This document shows, in pieces, positions 28,432-38,012 of a stretch of 64,000 nucleotides of DNA; within the stretch, counting starts at the first letter, position 1; the number at the start of each line of letters is the position of its first letter. Both the position numbers and the translations under genes were made by a program. The stretch spans positions 25,000-88,999 of the forward strand of contig CAMDEM010000003.1 of the NCBI GenBank assembly GCA_945896675.1, read 5' to 3'. The notes under the pieces were generated by a model that worked only from the letters and a program-made list of their open reading frames with translations, was not told the origin of the DNA and did no database searches. The stretch is from Cyanobium sp. NIES-981. Lineage in GTDB: Bacteria; Cyanobacteriota; Cyanobacteriia; PCC-6307; Cyanobiaceae.

Positions 28432-30054
28432 GTGGTTCAGGCCCGGCGGCTCAACCGGCCCCTTTCTCTTTTCGCTTCAACGCTGATCCTGGTCCTCGCC
28501 TGCGGACTTGCAGGCTGCCAACGCCAAGCGGGCAAGCAAAGCCTTTCGGCCAGCAACAACCAGCTCGTCGTCGCCAGCAAGAACCGCATCGACACCGTCG
28601 ATCCAGCGGGTGCCTACACCTTCGGGGCGATGCAGCTGCTGAGTGCCATCGGCGACCCGCTCTATGCCATCGCCCCCGGTGGCCAGATCCAACCCAAGCT
28701 GGCCCTTGCCCTCCCCCAGGTGAGCGCCGATGGCCTCACCGTGCGGGTTGCCCTGCGCCAGGGGGTGCGCTTCCACGACGGCACGCCCTTCAACGCGGCA
28801 GCCATGGTGTTCACCCTGCAGCGCTTTTTGGCCATTGGCAAACTCAGCTATCTGCTGGGTGACCGGGTCCAAAGCGTGGGCGCCATTGGTCCCTACACCC
28901 TGGAATTACGGCTCAAGCGGCCCTTCGCCGCCATGGCCCCCCTGCTCAGCGCGGTGAATCTCACTCCGCTCTCCCCCACCGCCTATCGCAACCACGCCAA
29001 TCGCTTCCTCAACGACCGCTTTGTGGGCACGGGCCCTTACAGGCTGGCGTTCTTTTCCGACCAACAGCAACGGCTCGAACCCTTTGCCGGCTACTGGGGG
29101 AAGCGTCCCGCCAATGGGGGAATCAACCTCGTGGCCCTCAGCAACTCCACGGCCCTCTTTGGAGCCCTAACCAGCGGCGAAGTGGATGTGCTGCTCTCCA
29201 CCAGCCTCGAAATCGACCAGCAGGCCGCCCTGCACCGCTCAGCCCTGCAGCACAAGCTGAGGGAAGGCCAGGGCCCTGCCCTTGAAATCGGCTATCTCAG
29301 CCTGCTCACCGACCAGTCCCCCCTGCAAAGCCCTGGCCTGCGGCGGGCCATCGCCCTCAGCCTCGATCGGCGCACCATCAGCCAGCGCGTCACCCTGGGC
29401 TTGCGCGCCCCCCTGCGCGACCTGGTGCCGCCCAGCCTGGTGGGCAGTGATCCCCAGGCCTGGCCCTCCTACAACCCGAAAGCGGCCCGGGCCCTGTATC
29501 GCCAGGCGGGCTACTGCCAGGGCAAACGCCTGAGCCTGCCGCTCACCTTCCGATCCAATGTGCCAAGCGACCGGCTGTTTGCCCTCACCTGGCAGGCCCA
29601 ACTCCGCCAAGACCTGGGGGATTGCGTCTCCCTTGAGGTCACCGGGATGGAGGCCACCACCGCCTACCGGCAATTGGGTGATGGCGCCTTCCCCATGATC
29701 CTGCTGGATTGGATGGGGGATTTTCCCGATCCTGACAACTACCTGGTGCCGCTGCTGGGCTGCGACCAGGCCCAGGGCAATCGTTGCCTCAAGGGAGCCA
29801 GCGCCGCCAGCGGCAGCTTTTGGAGCCAGCCCGGCCTGGAGCAGGCCTTGCAACGCAGCGCCAGCTTGAGCGGGCCTAGGCGCGCAGCCCTGCTGCGGCG
29901 CATCCAGCGCCAAACCGCCGCGGCCACTCCCTACCTACCGGTGTGGCTCGTGGCGCCAAGGGCCTGGGCCCAACGCCGGGTGAGCCAACCCCGCTTCGAT
30001 GGTTCTGGCAGGCTCCTTCTGCAAGATCTCCGCACCAGCGGAGCCCCCCGATGA
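28432..30054 (+). CDS. peptide/nickel ABC substrate-binding lipoprotein (family 5)
   Basis: lipobox LAGC, DP, LRQGVRFHDGTPFNA, GTGPY, DFPDPDNYL. Confidence 0.92.
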   Translation: MVQARRLNRPLSLFASTLILVLACGLAGCQRQAGKQSLSASNNQLVVASKNRIDTVDPAGAYTFGAMQLLSAIGDPLYAIAPGGQIQPKLALALPQVSADGLTVRVALRQGVRFHDGTPFNAAAMVFTLQRFLAIGKLSYLLGDRVQSVGAIGPYTLELRLKRPFAAMAPLLSAVNLTPLSPTAYRNHANRFLNDRFVGTGPYRLAFFSDQQQRLEPFAGYWGKRPANGGINLVALSNSTALFGALTSGEVDVLLSTSLEIDQQAALHRSALQHKLREGQGPALEIGYLSLLTDQSPLQSPGLRRAIALSLDRRTISQRVTLGLRAPLRDLVPPSLVGSDPQAWPSYNPKAARALYRQAGYCQGKRLSLPLTFRSNVPSDRLFALTWQAQLRQDLGDCVSLEVTGMEATTAYRQLGDGAFPMILLDWMGDFPDPDNYLVPLLGCDQAQGNRCLKGASAASGSFWSQPGLEQALQRSASLSGPRRAALLRRIQRQTAAATPYLPVWLVAPRAWAQRRVSQPRFDGSGRLLLQDLRTSGAPR

Positions 30055-31082
30055 GCCGGCGATCCGACCTGCTGCGCTACCTGGCCGCCCGGTTAGCGCT
30101 GGCACCGGTGATGGTGTGGCTGATCGCCAGCCTGGTGTTTTTGTTGTTGCGGGTGGCCCCTGGTGATCCCATCGACGCCCTACTGGGCACCCGCGCCCCC
30201 GCCGCGGCCCGGGCAGCCCTAAGGGCCCAACTGGGCTTGGACCAACCCCTTTGGCACCAGTACGGCCATTTCCTTCGCCAACTGCTCCATGGCGAGTTAG
30301 GCCAATCCCTCACCAACCAGGAACCGGTGACAGCCGTGATTCGCCAAAGCCTGCCCGCCAGCCTGGAACTGGGCGTCGTCGCCCTGGTGCTGGCCGCGGT
30401 CGTGGGATTGGCGGTGGGCTTTTCAGGGGTAGCCAGACCCGAAGGCAAACTCGACCTGGCCGGCCGGCTCTATGGCATTGGCACCTATGCCCTGCCCCCG
30501 TTTTGGGCCGCCATGGTGGTGCAGCTGGTGTTTGCGGTGTGGCTGGGCTTGCTGCCGGTGGGCGGCCGCTTCCCCCCCACCCTGATTCCACCGGCTGGCT
30601 CTGGCTTCTACCTGCTGGAAAGCCTGCGGGCGGGCCTGGGCACCGGCCAATGGCACCAGCTGCTTGGCACGGTCAGGCACCTGGTGTTGCCGGCCGGCAC
30701 CTTGGGGTTGCTACTGAGCGGGATCTTTGCCAACGCCCTGCGCCTCAACCTGCGCCGCGCCCTCGACTCCGACTATGTGGAGGCAGCCCGGAGCCGGGGC
30801 CTGGGGGAAGGGCGGGTGATCCTGCGCCATGCCCTCCCCAATGCCCTTCTGCCGGTGCTCACCATCACCGGGATCACCGTGGCCTCCCTGATTGGCGGTG
30901 CCCTGTTGATCGAAGTCACCTACTCCTGGCCGGGGATCGCCTTCCGGCTACAGGAGGCCATTGGCCAGCGCGACTACCCCTTGGTGCAAGGCATCGTGGT
31001 GGTGGTTGCCGCTCTCGTGGTGATGGTGACCGTGGCCGTCGACCTGGTCGTGGCCATGCTCGACCCCAGAATTCGCTTCTAA
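30051..31082 (+). CDS. peptide ABC permease (DppB-like)
   Basis: APGDP, LGLDQPL, LPASLEL, DYVEAARSRGL, RHALPNA, RDYP, DPRIR. Confidence 0.92.
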   Translation: MSRRSDLLRYLAARLALAPVMVWLIASLVFLLLRVAPGDPIDALLGTRAPAAARAALRAQLGLDQPLWHQYGHFLRQLLHGELGQSLTNQEPVTAVIRQSLPASLELGVVALVLAAVVGLAVGFSGVARPEGKLDLAGRLYGIGTYALPPFWAAMVVQLVFAVWLGLLPVGGRFPPTLIPPAGSGFYLLESLRAGLGTGQWHQLLGTVRHLVLPAGTLGLLLSGIFANALRLNLRRALDSDYVEAARSRGLGEGRVILRHALPNALLPVLTITGITVASLIGGALLIEVTYSWPGIAFRLQEAIGQRDYPLVQGIVVVVAALVVMVTVAVDLVVAMLDPRIRF

Positions 31083-31107
31083 GGGGCCTTGGAGCCGCCC
31101 AGGGCGC

Positions 31108-32727
31108 CTAAAAAGGCCAGCCCCTAAGACTGGCTTTCCAGCGCCTGGCCATGGTGCGGTCCAGCACGAAGGCCGAAACACCCTCCTGGAGACGGCGCTG
31201 GGGGGTGAGCAGAAAGGGGTAATCAAAGCCCTGTAAAAACTCCGTCGTGAGGCTGAGGATCAGGTTCTGAACCTTGCGGGGATCGCGACCCACCAACTCC
31301 TGACCCAGGCGGAACAAGGCCTGGCCTTGGTTGTTGAGTCGCACCAGCGAAAAGTGACTGCCCCCATCGACCACAACCAAGCGGCTGCGGGGATGGCTGA
31401 CATGCACAAACAGATTCAGCTGCTCCTGCACCGGTGGGGTCACCAAATCAACGCTGCCGCCAACCAGCAACACCGGCACATCGAGGCCGGCCAAACCACC
31501 GGTGGGCCAAAGCAAACTGCCAAAGCCGTTGAAGGCCACAACCCCAAGGAGGGGGGTCGGCGCAAGGATGGGGTTCGAAAGCGGACCAGGGGCAGGGAAC
31601 GGGCCCCGCACCGTGCCATCCCCGGTCACCCTGGGCAACTGGCATTGCAGCAGCTGGGACAAATTCGCCAAGGGCAAGGTTCCCTTCATCGCCTTACAGC
31701 GCCTGGCCACCCCCTGCTCCGGCAGCAGGCCGCTGCCCATGAGGGCCATCAGGGCCCCGAGGGAATGGCCCATCAAGACAACCCCTTGGCGACCAGTGGG
31801 TTCGGGACCAAGCGATGGCAGGATCCCATCCTTTTCTGCGGTGAGCACGGCCTGCACATCGGCCAGGCGGAGTGGCACCGCTTCGGCCCCTGGCGGTGGG
31901 CTGTAACCAAGCAAGGAGTCTTGAACAGCCTTGTCGTCACTGCCGGGATGGTCCAAGAGCACCACAGGCCACCCCTGGCCAGCCAGCTCATCGGCCATCC
32001 AACTGAGCTGGGCACTGTTCCCGCCCAGCCCAGGCATCAACAGAATCCAAGGACCTGGCTTCGATTGACGCGACGACCAAATCTCGAGGGGCAGGGGCAT
32101 CGCCCGGTGGGCCACAACCAAATCCACGTGCTGGGGCCTAAGGCGCTCCCCAGCTTTGAGGTCAAGGGGAATCGCCCGGCGCAGGGGCAAGGGCAGGGCC
32201 CGTAGGGCCCGCAGCGCATCGGCCTGCTGATCCACTTGGCGGCGCCAACGGTCGGCGAAGGCCACCGCCTCGTCCAGGTTGAGGCTGAGCTGCTCCGAGG
32301 GCAGGGCACGCAGCAACGCAAAGGCGGTGACTTGCTTCTGCTGTTGCAAAAGGGTTCGCAGGGTGGAGAGCAACAGCGGAGCTGTGCTGTTGCCCTGGGC
32401 CGTGGTGAGCACACTGCCCAGGGCCTCAATCAGGGGCTCACCGGTGCGACTGCGCAGCAACTGAACCCCAAAACTTGGCTCCTTCAGCAGCGGGGCCTGC
32501 AGCAGTCGTGCCAAGGCGCGTCGATCGAGCGGATCGAGCAGGCTGAGCCACACGTCCAGGTCCCCATTGGTGCTGCCGGGATCGCGGCTCCAGGCCTCCA
32601 GTTCCCGCAGATCCACCGGCACCGTGAGTCCGTCAATCTGAAATTGGATCTGCTCCGCAGCACGCACCGGAGCCCCAGCCAGCAAACTGGCGAGCAGAGC
32701 TCCCATGCAGCGAAAGCGGTTTGACAT
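31108..32727 (-). CDS. DUF1400 + alpha/beta hydrolase
   Basis: signal AAEQI, PGLGG, DHPGS, GHSLG nucleophile elbow, D-L-V-T-P, GGSHFS. Confidence 0.85.
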   Translation of the reverse strand: MSNRFRCMGALLASLLAGAPVRAAEQIQFQIDGLTVPVDLRELEAWSRDPGSTNGDLDVWLSLLDPLDRRALARLLQAPLLKEPSFGVQLLRSRTGEPLIEALGSVLTTAQGNSTAPLLLSTLRTLLQQQKQVTAFALLRALPSEQLSLNLDEAVAFADRWRRQVDQQADALRALRALPLPLRRAIPLDLKAGERLRPQHVDLVVAHRAMPLPLEIWSSRQSKPGPWILLMPGLGGNSAQLSWMADELAGQGWPVVLLDHPGSDDKAVQDSLLGYSPPPGAEAVPLRLADVQAVLTAEKDGILPSLGPEPTGRQGVVLMGHSLGALMALMGSGLLPEQGVARRCKAMKGTLPLANLSQLLQCQLPRVTGDGTVRGPFPAPGPLSNPILAPTPLLGVVAFNGFGSLLWPTGGLAGLDVPVLLVGGSVDLVTPPVQEQLNLFVHVSHPRSRLVVVDGGSHFSLVRLNNQGQALFRLGQELVGRDPRKVQNLILSLTTEFLQGFDYPFLLTPQRRLQEGVSAFVLDRTMARRWKASLRGWPF

Positions 32728-32750
32728 CTCCAAAGGCGGGGACCCGAACC

Positions 32751-33956
32751 ATGGCGTGGTGGCTCCAGTTTCCCGCGGCGCTGCGCGAACTGGCCCTGAT
32801 CCGTTTGATCGCCTCCGTCGGAGCGGGGGGCGTGATCTATCTCACACCCCTGGTCTTCCACCATGCCGCCTTCAGCGCCCAGGCCGTCACAGCAGGCATC
32901 GGCCTGGCCGCCCTCGCCGGCACCGTGGGCCGCTTGGCCAGTGGTCTGTTGCTGGATCGGGGCCTCAACTGCTCCATCCCCGTGCTGCTTGCGGTGTTGG
33001 CAGCCGTGCTGGGTGATGGTCGCCTGCTCGGCGCCCAAACCTTTGATGGCTATGTCATCGGTCAATTGCTCCTGGGCATTGCCGCTGGTCTCTACTGGCC
33101 TGCCATCGAGCTGGCCGTTCCCCTGAGCTGCAAGACCGGGCCCAATCCCATTCCCTCCAGCCGGGGCTATGCCCTGGTTCGCAGTGGTGATGCCGCAGGG
33201 GTGGCGCTAGGAGCCCTGATTGGAGCCGTCATGGCAGGCCAAGGTCAACTGCGGGGCATCTATGCCGTGGACATCACCTGTGCGGTAGCCGTCGCACTGT
33301 TGCTGGTGAGGCGCCCCCTGCCCCAATCCCCCCCCAAGGCCCCAGGAGCCAGCAGTACCGCCATCAGCCAATGGCTGCCGCCCCTGTTGCCACTCCTGGC
33401 GATCACCCTGCTGGCCACAGCCCTGCCAGCCTTGATGCAGAGCGCCCTGCCCCTGGATTTGGTGCGCGGCGGGCTGCACAGGCCTGCCATCAATGTGGGG
33501 ATGGGAGCCCTGTTAATCGGCCTGCAGCTGAGCCTGTTGGTGCTGATCCAATGGCCCGTTGGCCAAGCCCTCGCCAAACGACCGGTGGCCTATGGACTCG
33601 GCGTTAGTTTGGTCAGTTTTGCTCTCGGCACGGCCCTGTTGGCGTTTTCAGCCATGAGCCGCCAGGGCATCTGGTTGGTGATTGCGGCCCAGCTCCCCAT
33701 CGCCCTCGGAGAAGCCGCCTTCCTACCGATTGCCACAGAAGCAGTCATCGAAATGACCCCACCTGAGCACCAGGGGCTCGCCATGGCGCTGTTTTCCCAA
33801 TGTTTTGCGATCAGCGCCCTGATTGCTCCTGTCTTGGCTGGCCTAGCCCTCGATCAGCAACGCCATGGCGGCGGGTTCTGGATCACCATGACCCTGCTCT
33901 GCCTGGCGGGCTTCCATGCGGTGAAACGGCTCAGGTCGAGGCCGGAGGCTGCTTAG
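32751..33956 (+). CDS. MFS transporter
   Basis: about 12 TMs, GLLLDRG motif A-like, GLYWPAIE. Confidence 0.85.
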   Translation: MAWWLQFPAALRELALIRLIASVGAGGVIYLTPLVFHHAAFSAQAVTAGIGLAALAGTVGRLASGLLLDRGLNCSIPVLLAVLAAVLGDGRLLGAQTFDGYVIGQLLLGIAAGLYWPAIELAVPLSCKTGPNPIPSSRGYALVRSGDAAGVALGALIGAVMAGQGQLRGIYAVDITCAVAVALLLVRRPLPQSPPKAPGASSTAISQWLPPLLPLLAITLLATALPALMQSALPLDLVRGGLHRPAINVGMGALLIGLQLSLLVLIQWPVGQALAKRPVAYGLGVSLVSFALGTALLAFSAMSRQGIWLVIAAQLPIALGEAAFLPIATEAVIEMTPPEHQGLAMALFSQCFAISALIAPVLAGLALDQQRHGGGFWITMTLLCLAGFHAVKRLRSRPEAA

Positions 33957-34146
33957 GCACCCAGGCCTCATGGGGCAAGGGTTCCGTGCCGTATTCCCAG
34001 TCGTCGTAATCGGGATCGTTGCGGATCTTCTTGTGGAGCTCCTTTTGCGCCTCAAAGTCGTGGGCCTTGGCATCAGTGCCTTTGGGCTCGCTGCCTTTGG
34101 CGTCAGGGGCTTGGGGGTCGGGCTGGGAGGAAGGCTGGGCGGTCAT
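33931..34146 (-). CDS. small acidic hypothetical protein
   Basis: ATG at 34146; NDPDYDDWEYG; same strand as and downstream of ychF. Confidence 0.5.
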   Translation of the reverse strand: MTAQPSSQPDPQAPDAKGSEPKGTDAKAHDFEAQKELHKKIRNDPDYDDWEYGTEPLPHEAWVPKQPPAST

Positions 34147-34191
34147 CGCAGCTCTGGGGAAGAATTCCATTCTGAAGCAACTGGCGCCGGT

Positions 34192-34392
34192 TCAGTCGTC
34201 GCAACAGCTCCAATCGCTGATGCCGGTGTGCAGCCACTGCCGTTCCCGTTCGGAAAGCTGCCGGTATTGGCCCCCGCAGGTGCAGCCCCCATCGAGGGGC
34301 TCGGGATGGCGCCGCTGGCACAAGAACCAGGCATGCACCTGGTCGATCGCCCCAGGCAGCATGGACTCAGGGGACATGACCTCAGCCGGCAT
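34192..34392 (-). CDS. small Cys/His-rich hypothetical protein
   Basis: HAWFLCQRRH..CTCGG..WSCCDD; 43 nt downstream of ychF. Confidence 0.5.
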   Translation of the reverse strand: MPAEVMSPESMLPGAIDQVHAWFLCQRRHPEPLDGGCTCGGQYRQLSERERQWLHTGISDWSCCDD

Positions 34393-34435
34393 GGCCTCAG
34401 GTGAGGGGGACAAGGTCTCCTTGAACAAGGTTGCC

Positions 34436-35527
34436 TTAAACGTTGAACAAAAATTCCATGACGTCGCCCTCGTCCACCACGTACTCCTTGCCCTCAGCCC
34501 GGAGCCAGCCCTTGGACTTGGCTTCCGCGAGGGAACCAGCCTCCACCAACTGTTGGTAGCCAATGGTTTGGGCGCGAATGAAACCGCGTTCAAAATCGGT
34601 GTGGATCACCCCCGCCGCCTGGGGGGCCGTCATGCCGGCCTTGATGGTCCAGGCCCGGGTTTCCTTCTCACCGGTGGTGAAGTAGGTGCGCAGGCCCAGC
34701 AGGGAATAGGTGGCACGAATCAGGCTTCGCAGCCCCCCTTCCGTCACTCCCAAACCGGCCAAGAATTCGGCGCGATCCTCCTCGGGAAGCTCAATGAGTT
34801 CAGCTTCGACCTGGGCTGAAATGCGAACGGTTTCAGCCCCCTCCTGGGCCGCGAGGGCCTTCACCTCCTCCACGTAGGCATTGCCGGAAGCGAGGTCGTC
34901 CTCACTCACATTGGTGGCATAGATGATCGGCTTGGCCGTGAGCAGGCCGAGCGGTTTGACCATGCCGGCCTCCTCCTCACTGATGGCCACACTGCGGGCA
35001 GCACCACCCGCCTCCAACACGGCCTGGATACGCTCGAGGACGCCATCCTCGATTTGAGCTTCTTTGCTGGTGCGGGCCTGCTTTTTCAGACGCTCCCGAC
35101 GCTTCTCAATCTGGGATAAATCGGCCAGGCCCAATTCCAAGTTGATCACTTCTGCATCCCGGGCCGGTCCCACCGAACCCGAAACGTGAATCACGTCGTC
35201 GTTTTCAAAACAGCGGACCACATGGACGATCGCGTCGACTTCGCGGATGTTGGCCAGAAACTTGTTGCCCAGGCCTTCGCCCTGGCTGGCCCCTTTCACC
35301 AGGCCGGCGATGTCGACAAATTCGACCCGGGTGGCAATCACCTCCTTCGAACCCGACAGTGTCGCCAACTGGCCCAGCCGTGGATCGGGCACCGACACCA
35401 CCCCCGAATTGGGTTCAATGGTGCAAAACGGGTAGTTGGCAGCTTCGGCCTGGGCATTGGAGACCAGGGCATTGAAGAGGGTGGATTTGCCCACGTTGGG
35501 CAGGCCCACAATTCCGGCTTTAAGCAT
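34436..35527 (-). CDS. ychF: redox-regulated ATPase YchF
   Basis: GIVGLPNVGKST, NYPFCTIEPN, DIAGLV, GEGLGNKFL, HTDFERGFI. Confidence 0.97.
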   Translation of the reverse strand: MLKAGIVGLPNVGKSTLFNALVSNAQAEAANYPFCTIEPNSGVVSVPDPRLGQLATLSGSKEVIATRVEFVDIAGLVKGASQGEGLGNKFLANIREVDAIVHVVRCFENDDVIHVSGSVGPARDAEVINLELGLADLSQIEKRRERLKKQARTSKEAQIEDGVLERIQAVLEAGGAARSVAISEEEAGMVKPLGLLTAKPIIYATNVSEDDLASGNAYVEEVKALAAQEGAETVRISAQVEAELIELPEEDRAEFLAGLGVTEGGLRSLIRATYSLLGLRTYFTTGEKETRAWTIKAGMTAPQAAGVIHTDFERGFIRAQTIGYQQLVEAGSLAEAKSKGWLRAEGKEYVVDEGDVMEFLFNV

Positions 35528-35631
35528 GGCTGGAATCTAGATCGCCCAGGCTCCACAAAACTCGCAACACCTGCCATCCACCAGCGAGACTGGGGCCAGC
35601 GCCGTACAGGCCAATTCCAAGCAACACCCCC

Positions 35632-36756
35632 TTGAGCTCCCTCACGAGTTGGCTTCCCCCAAGCCTGCGCCGCCGGCGGGTGCTCGCTGGCGCTGCCGCC
35701 GGTTTGGTCCTGGTTGGCGCCATAGCGATCGGCCAGCAGAAACGGGGGAACACCACCCGGCAACTTGATAGCTACACCGTGGTGGCCGCGGCTGGGAGCC
35801 TGCCTGGGGTGGTGAATGCCACCGGAGAACTGGAGGCGGAAAAACGGGTCAATGTGAGCCCAAAGCGCCAGGGGGTCATCGACGCGCTCTACGTGGAGGA
35901 GGGCGATCTGGTCGTCAAGGGCCAACCCCTAGCCCTGATGGACAGCGGCGATTTGCAGGATCGCTTGAGTGAACTCAACGCCAATTTGCGATCCAGCCAA
36001 GCCCAGCTCTCCCGCAGCCGCAGCGAACTGGAGCGCAACAAAAGCCTCTATCGCCAGCGCGCCATCAGTTTGAGCGACTTCAACACCGTGCGCAGCACCT
36101 TCCTGGTGGATCAATCGCAGGTGGAGGCGGCTCGCCAGCGTCTGGAAGCTCGCAGGGTGGAGAACCAAGAATTGATCGTACGGGCCCCTTTCAGCGGCGT
36201 GATCAGCCAGCGCTATGCCGATCCCGGCTCCTTCGTGACACCCACCACCACGGCCTCAGCCTCGGCGGGCGCGACCAGCTCCTCGATCGTGGAATTGGCC
36301 CAGGGCCTTGAGGTGGTGGCCAAAGTTCCCGAAAGCGACATTGGCCGAATCCGCCTTGGCCAAGCTGCCTCCGTGCGAGTGGATGCCTTCCCCGACCGAT
36401 CCTTCGCGTCCCGGGTCAAGCGGATCACACCCCGCGCCATCAAGCTCAACAACGTGACCTCCTTTGACGTGGTGCTCAGGCTGCTGGAGCCCCCCGTGGC
36501 CCTGCGTATTGGCATGACCGCCGATGTGGGCTTCCAAACAGGCCAAATCCAAGCAAAAACCCTGATCCCCACCGTGGCTGTGGTCACCGAAGACGGCCGG
36601 CCCGGGGTGCTGCTAGTTGGAGAGGGCAACCAGCCGAAGTTTCAACCGGTAGAGCTAGGGATCAGCAGCGGCAAAAGCACCCAGATCCTCAGCGGATTGA
36701 CCAGCGGCACCCGGGTGTTTATCGACCTCCCCCCCTGGGCCAAAAAACGCAAATAG
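35632..36756 (+). CDS. efflux RND/ABC periplasmic adaptor (membrane fusion protein)
   Basis: N-terminal TM, lipoyl halves VEEGD and RAPFSG, coiled hairpin, VPESDIG, GMTAD. Confidence 0.9.
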   Translation: MSSLTSWLPPSLRRRRVLAGAAAGLVLVGAIAIGQQKRGNTTRQLDSYTVVAAAGSLPGVVNATGELEAEKRVNVSPKRQGVIDALYVEEGDLVVKGQPLALMDSGDLQDRLSELNANLRSSQAQLSRSRSELERNKSLYRQRAISLSDFNTVRSTFLVDQSQVEAARQRLEARRVENQELIVRAPFSGVISQRYADPGSFVTPTTTASASAGATSSSIVELAQGLEVVAKVPESDIGRIRLGQAASVRVDAFPDRSFASRVKRITPRAIKLNNVTSFDVVLRLLEPPVALRIGMTADVGFQTGQIQAKTLIPTVAVVTEDGRPGVLLVGEGNQPKFQPVELGISSGKSTQILSGLTSGTRVFIDLPPWAKKRK

Positions 36757-36761
36757 GGCGT

Positions 36762-37877
36762 CTAGGCCCGTTGGGCCAAAAAGGCCCGGGCCGCCTCGAC
36801 GATGCGACCACTGGCCAAACCATCGCCAAAGGGATTGTGGGAGCGGGCCATCGCCTCATAGGCCGTCGGATCCTCCAGCAAGCGACTGGCCTCAGCCACG
36901 ATGTCGGCCGTATCGGTGCCAATCAACTTGGCCGTACCGGCATCCACGGCCTCAGGCCGCTCGGTGGTACGTCGCAGCACAAGCACGGGTTTGCCAAGGG
37001 CGGGCGCTTCTTCCTGGAGGCCACCGGAATCACTCAGCACCAAGGTGGACCCCCGCATGGCGGCGACCAGTTGGTCGTAGTCGAGGGGCTCGGTGAGGAA
37101 GGCCCGAGGATGGTCGCCGAGCAGGGCTTGGAGGGGCTCCCGCACCGTGGGGTTGCGATGCAGGGGCAGCAACAGGGCGGTATCGGGAAAACGATCCAGC
37201 ACTTGCCTGAAGCCGCGGCCTATGTCCTGGAGCCGCTCGCCCCAGTTTTCGCGCCGGTGCACGGTGGCCAGGATCACCCGCTGCTGGCCAAAGTCGAGGC
37301 CCGGCATGCTGAAGGGGGGGGCCTTTTCAGCCATCAGCAACAGAGCATCAATCACCGTGTTTCCCGTGGTGAGGATCTGACCCACCACCCCAGAAGCCCG
37401 CAAATTGGCCGCCGACACAGAGGTCGGCGCAAAGTGCAACAGGGCCACCTGGGAAATCAGGCGGCGGTTGGCTTCTTCAGGGAAGGGATCAAAGATGTTG
37501 TCGGTCCGCAACCCGGCTTCCACGTGCCCCACGGGGATCTGCTCGTAGAACGCCGCCAAGGCAGAGGCGAAGGCCGTGGTGGTGTCGCCCTGAACCAGCA
37601 CCAAATCGGGTGGGTGGTCGGCAAAGTCCTGCTTCAGGCCCGTCAGGGTGGCGCAGGTGACATGGGTGAGGGTCTGCTTGGGGGCCATCAGGGCCAGGTC
37701 CTGATCGGCCGTCAAACCGAACAGGTCCATCACCTGGCTCACCATTTCCCGGTGCTGGCCGGTGAGCACCACCCGGGTACGGAATTCTGTTGCCTGCTGA
37801 AACGCCAGGATCACCGGAGCCAACTTGATGGCCTCCGGACGGGTGCCCAGCACGATGGTGACGAGTGGCTTGGGCAC
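36762..37877 (-). CDS. wecB: UDP-N-acetylglucosamine 2-epimerase (non-hydrolysing)
   Basis: GTRPEAIK, TGQHREM, QGDT, HVEAGLR, PFPEE, HRREN, DSGGLQEEA, ERPE. Confidence 0.96.
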   Translation of the reverse strand: MPKPLVTIVLGTRPEAIKLAPVILAFQQATEFRTRVVLTGQHREMVSQVMDLFGLTADQDLALMAPKQTLTHVTCATLTGLKQDFADHPPDLVLVQGDTTTAFASALAAFYEQIPVGHVEAGLRTDNIFDPFPEEANRRLISQVALLHFAPTSVSAANLRASGVVGQILTTGNTVIDALLLMAEKAPPFSMPGLDFGQQRVILATVHRRENWGERLQDIGRGFRQVLDRFPDTALLLPLHRNPTVREPLQALLGDHPRAFLTEPLDYDQLVAAMRGSTLVLSDSGGLQEEAPALGKPVLVLRRTTERPEAVDAGTAKLIGTDTADIVAEASRLLEDPTAYEAMARSHNPFGDGLASGRIVEAARAFLAQRA

Positions 37878-38012
37878 CGGAGCGCAGCAGACCAGCGGAT
37901 CCTACGGAGCTTGCGTCATGGTCAAGGCAAAGGGCTGACATCGGGCCTCCCCCTGGCGAAGCTGGGGATCACAAAGGCCGCGCCCAGGCGGCATCCATGC
38001 AGCGCTGCCGCG

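Noticed and set aside
36771-38012. 830-aa ORF suggesting a 414-aa N-terminal fusion to PilT
   Set aside because: The extension is the antisense shadow of wecB; the plausible start is the ATG at 38013
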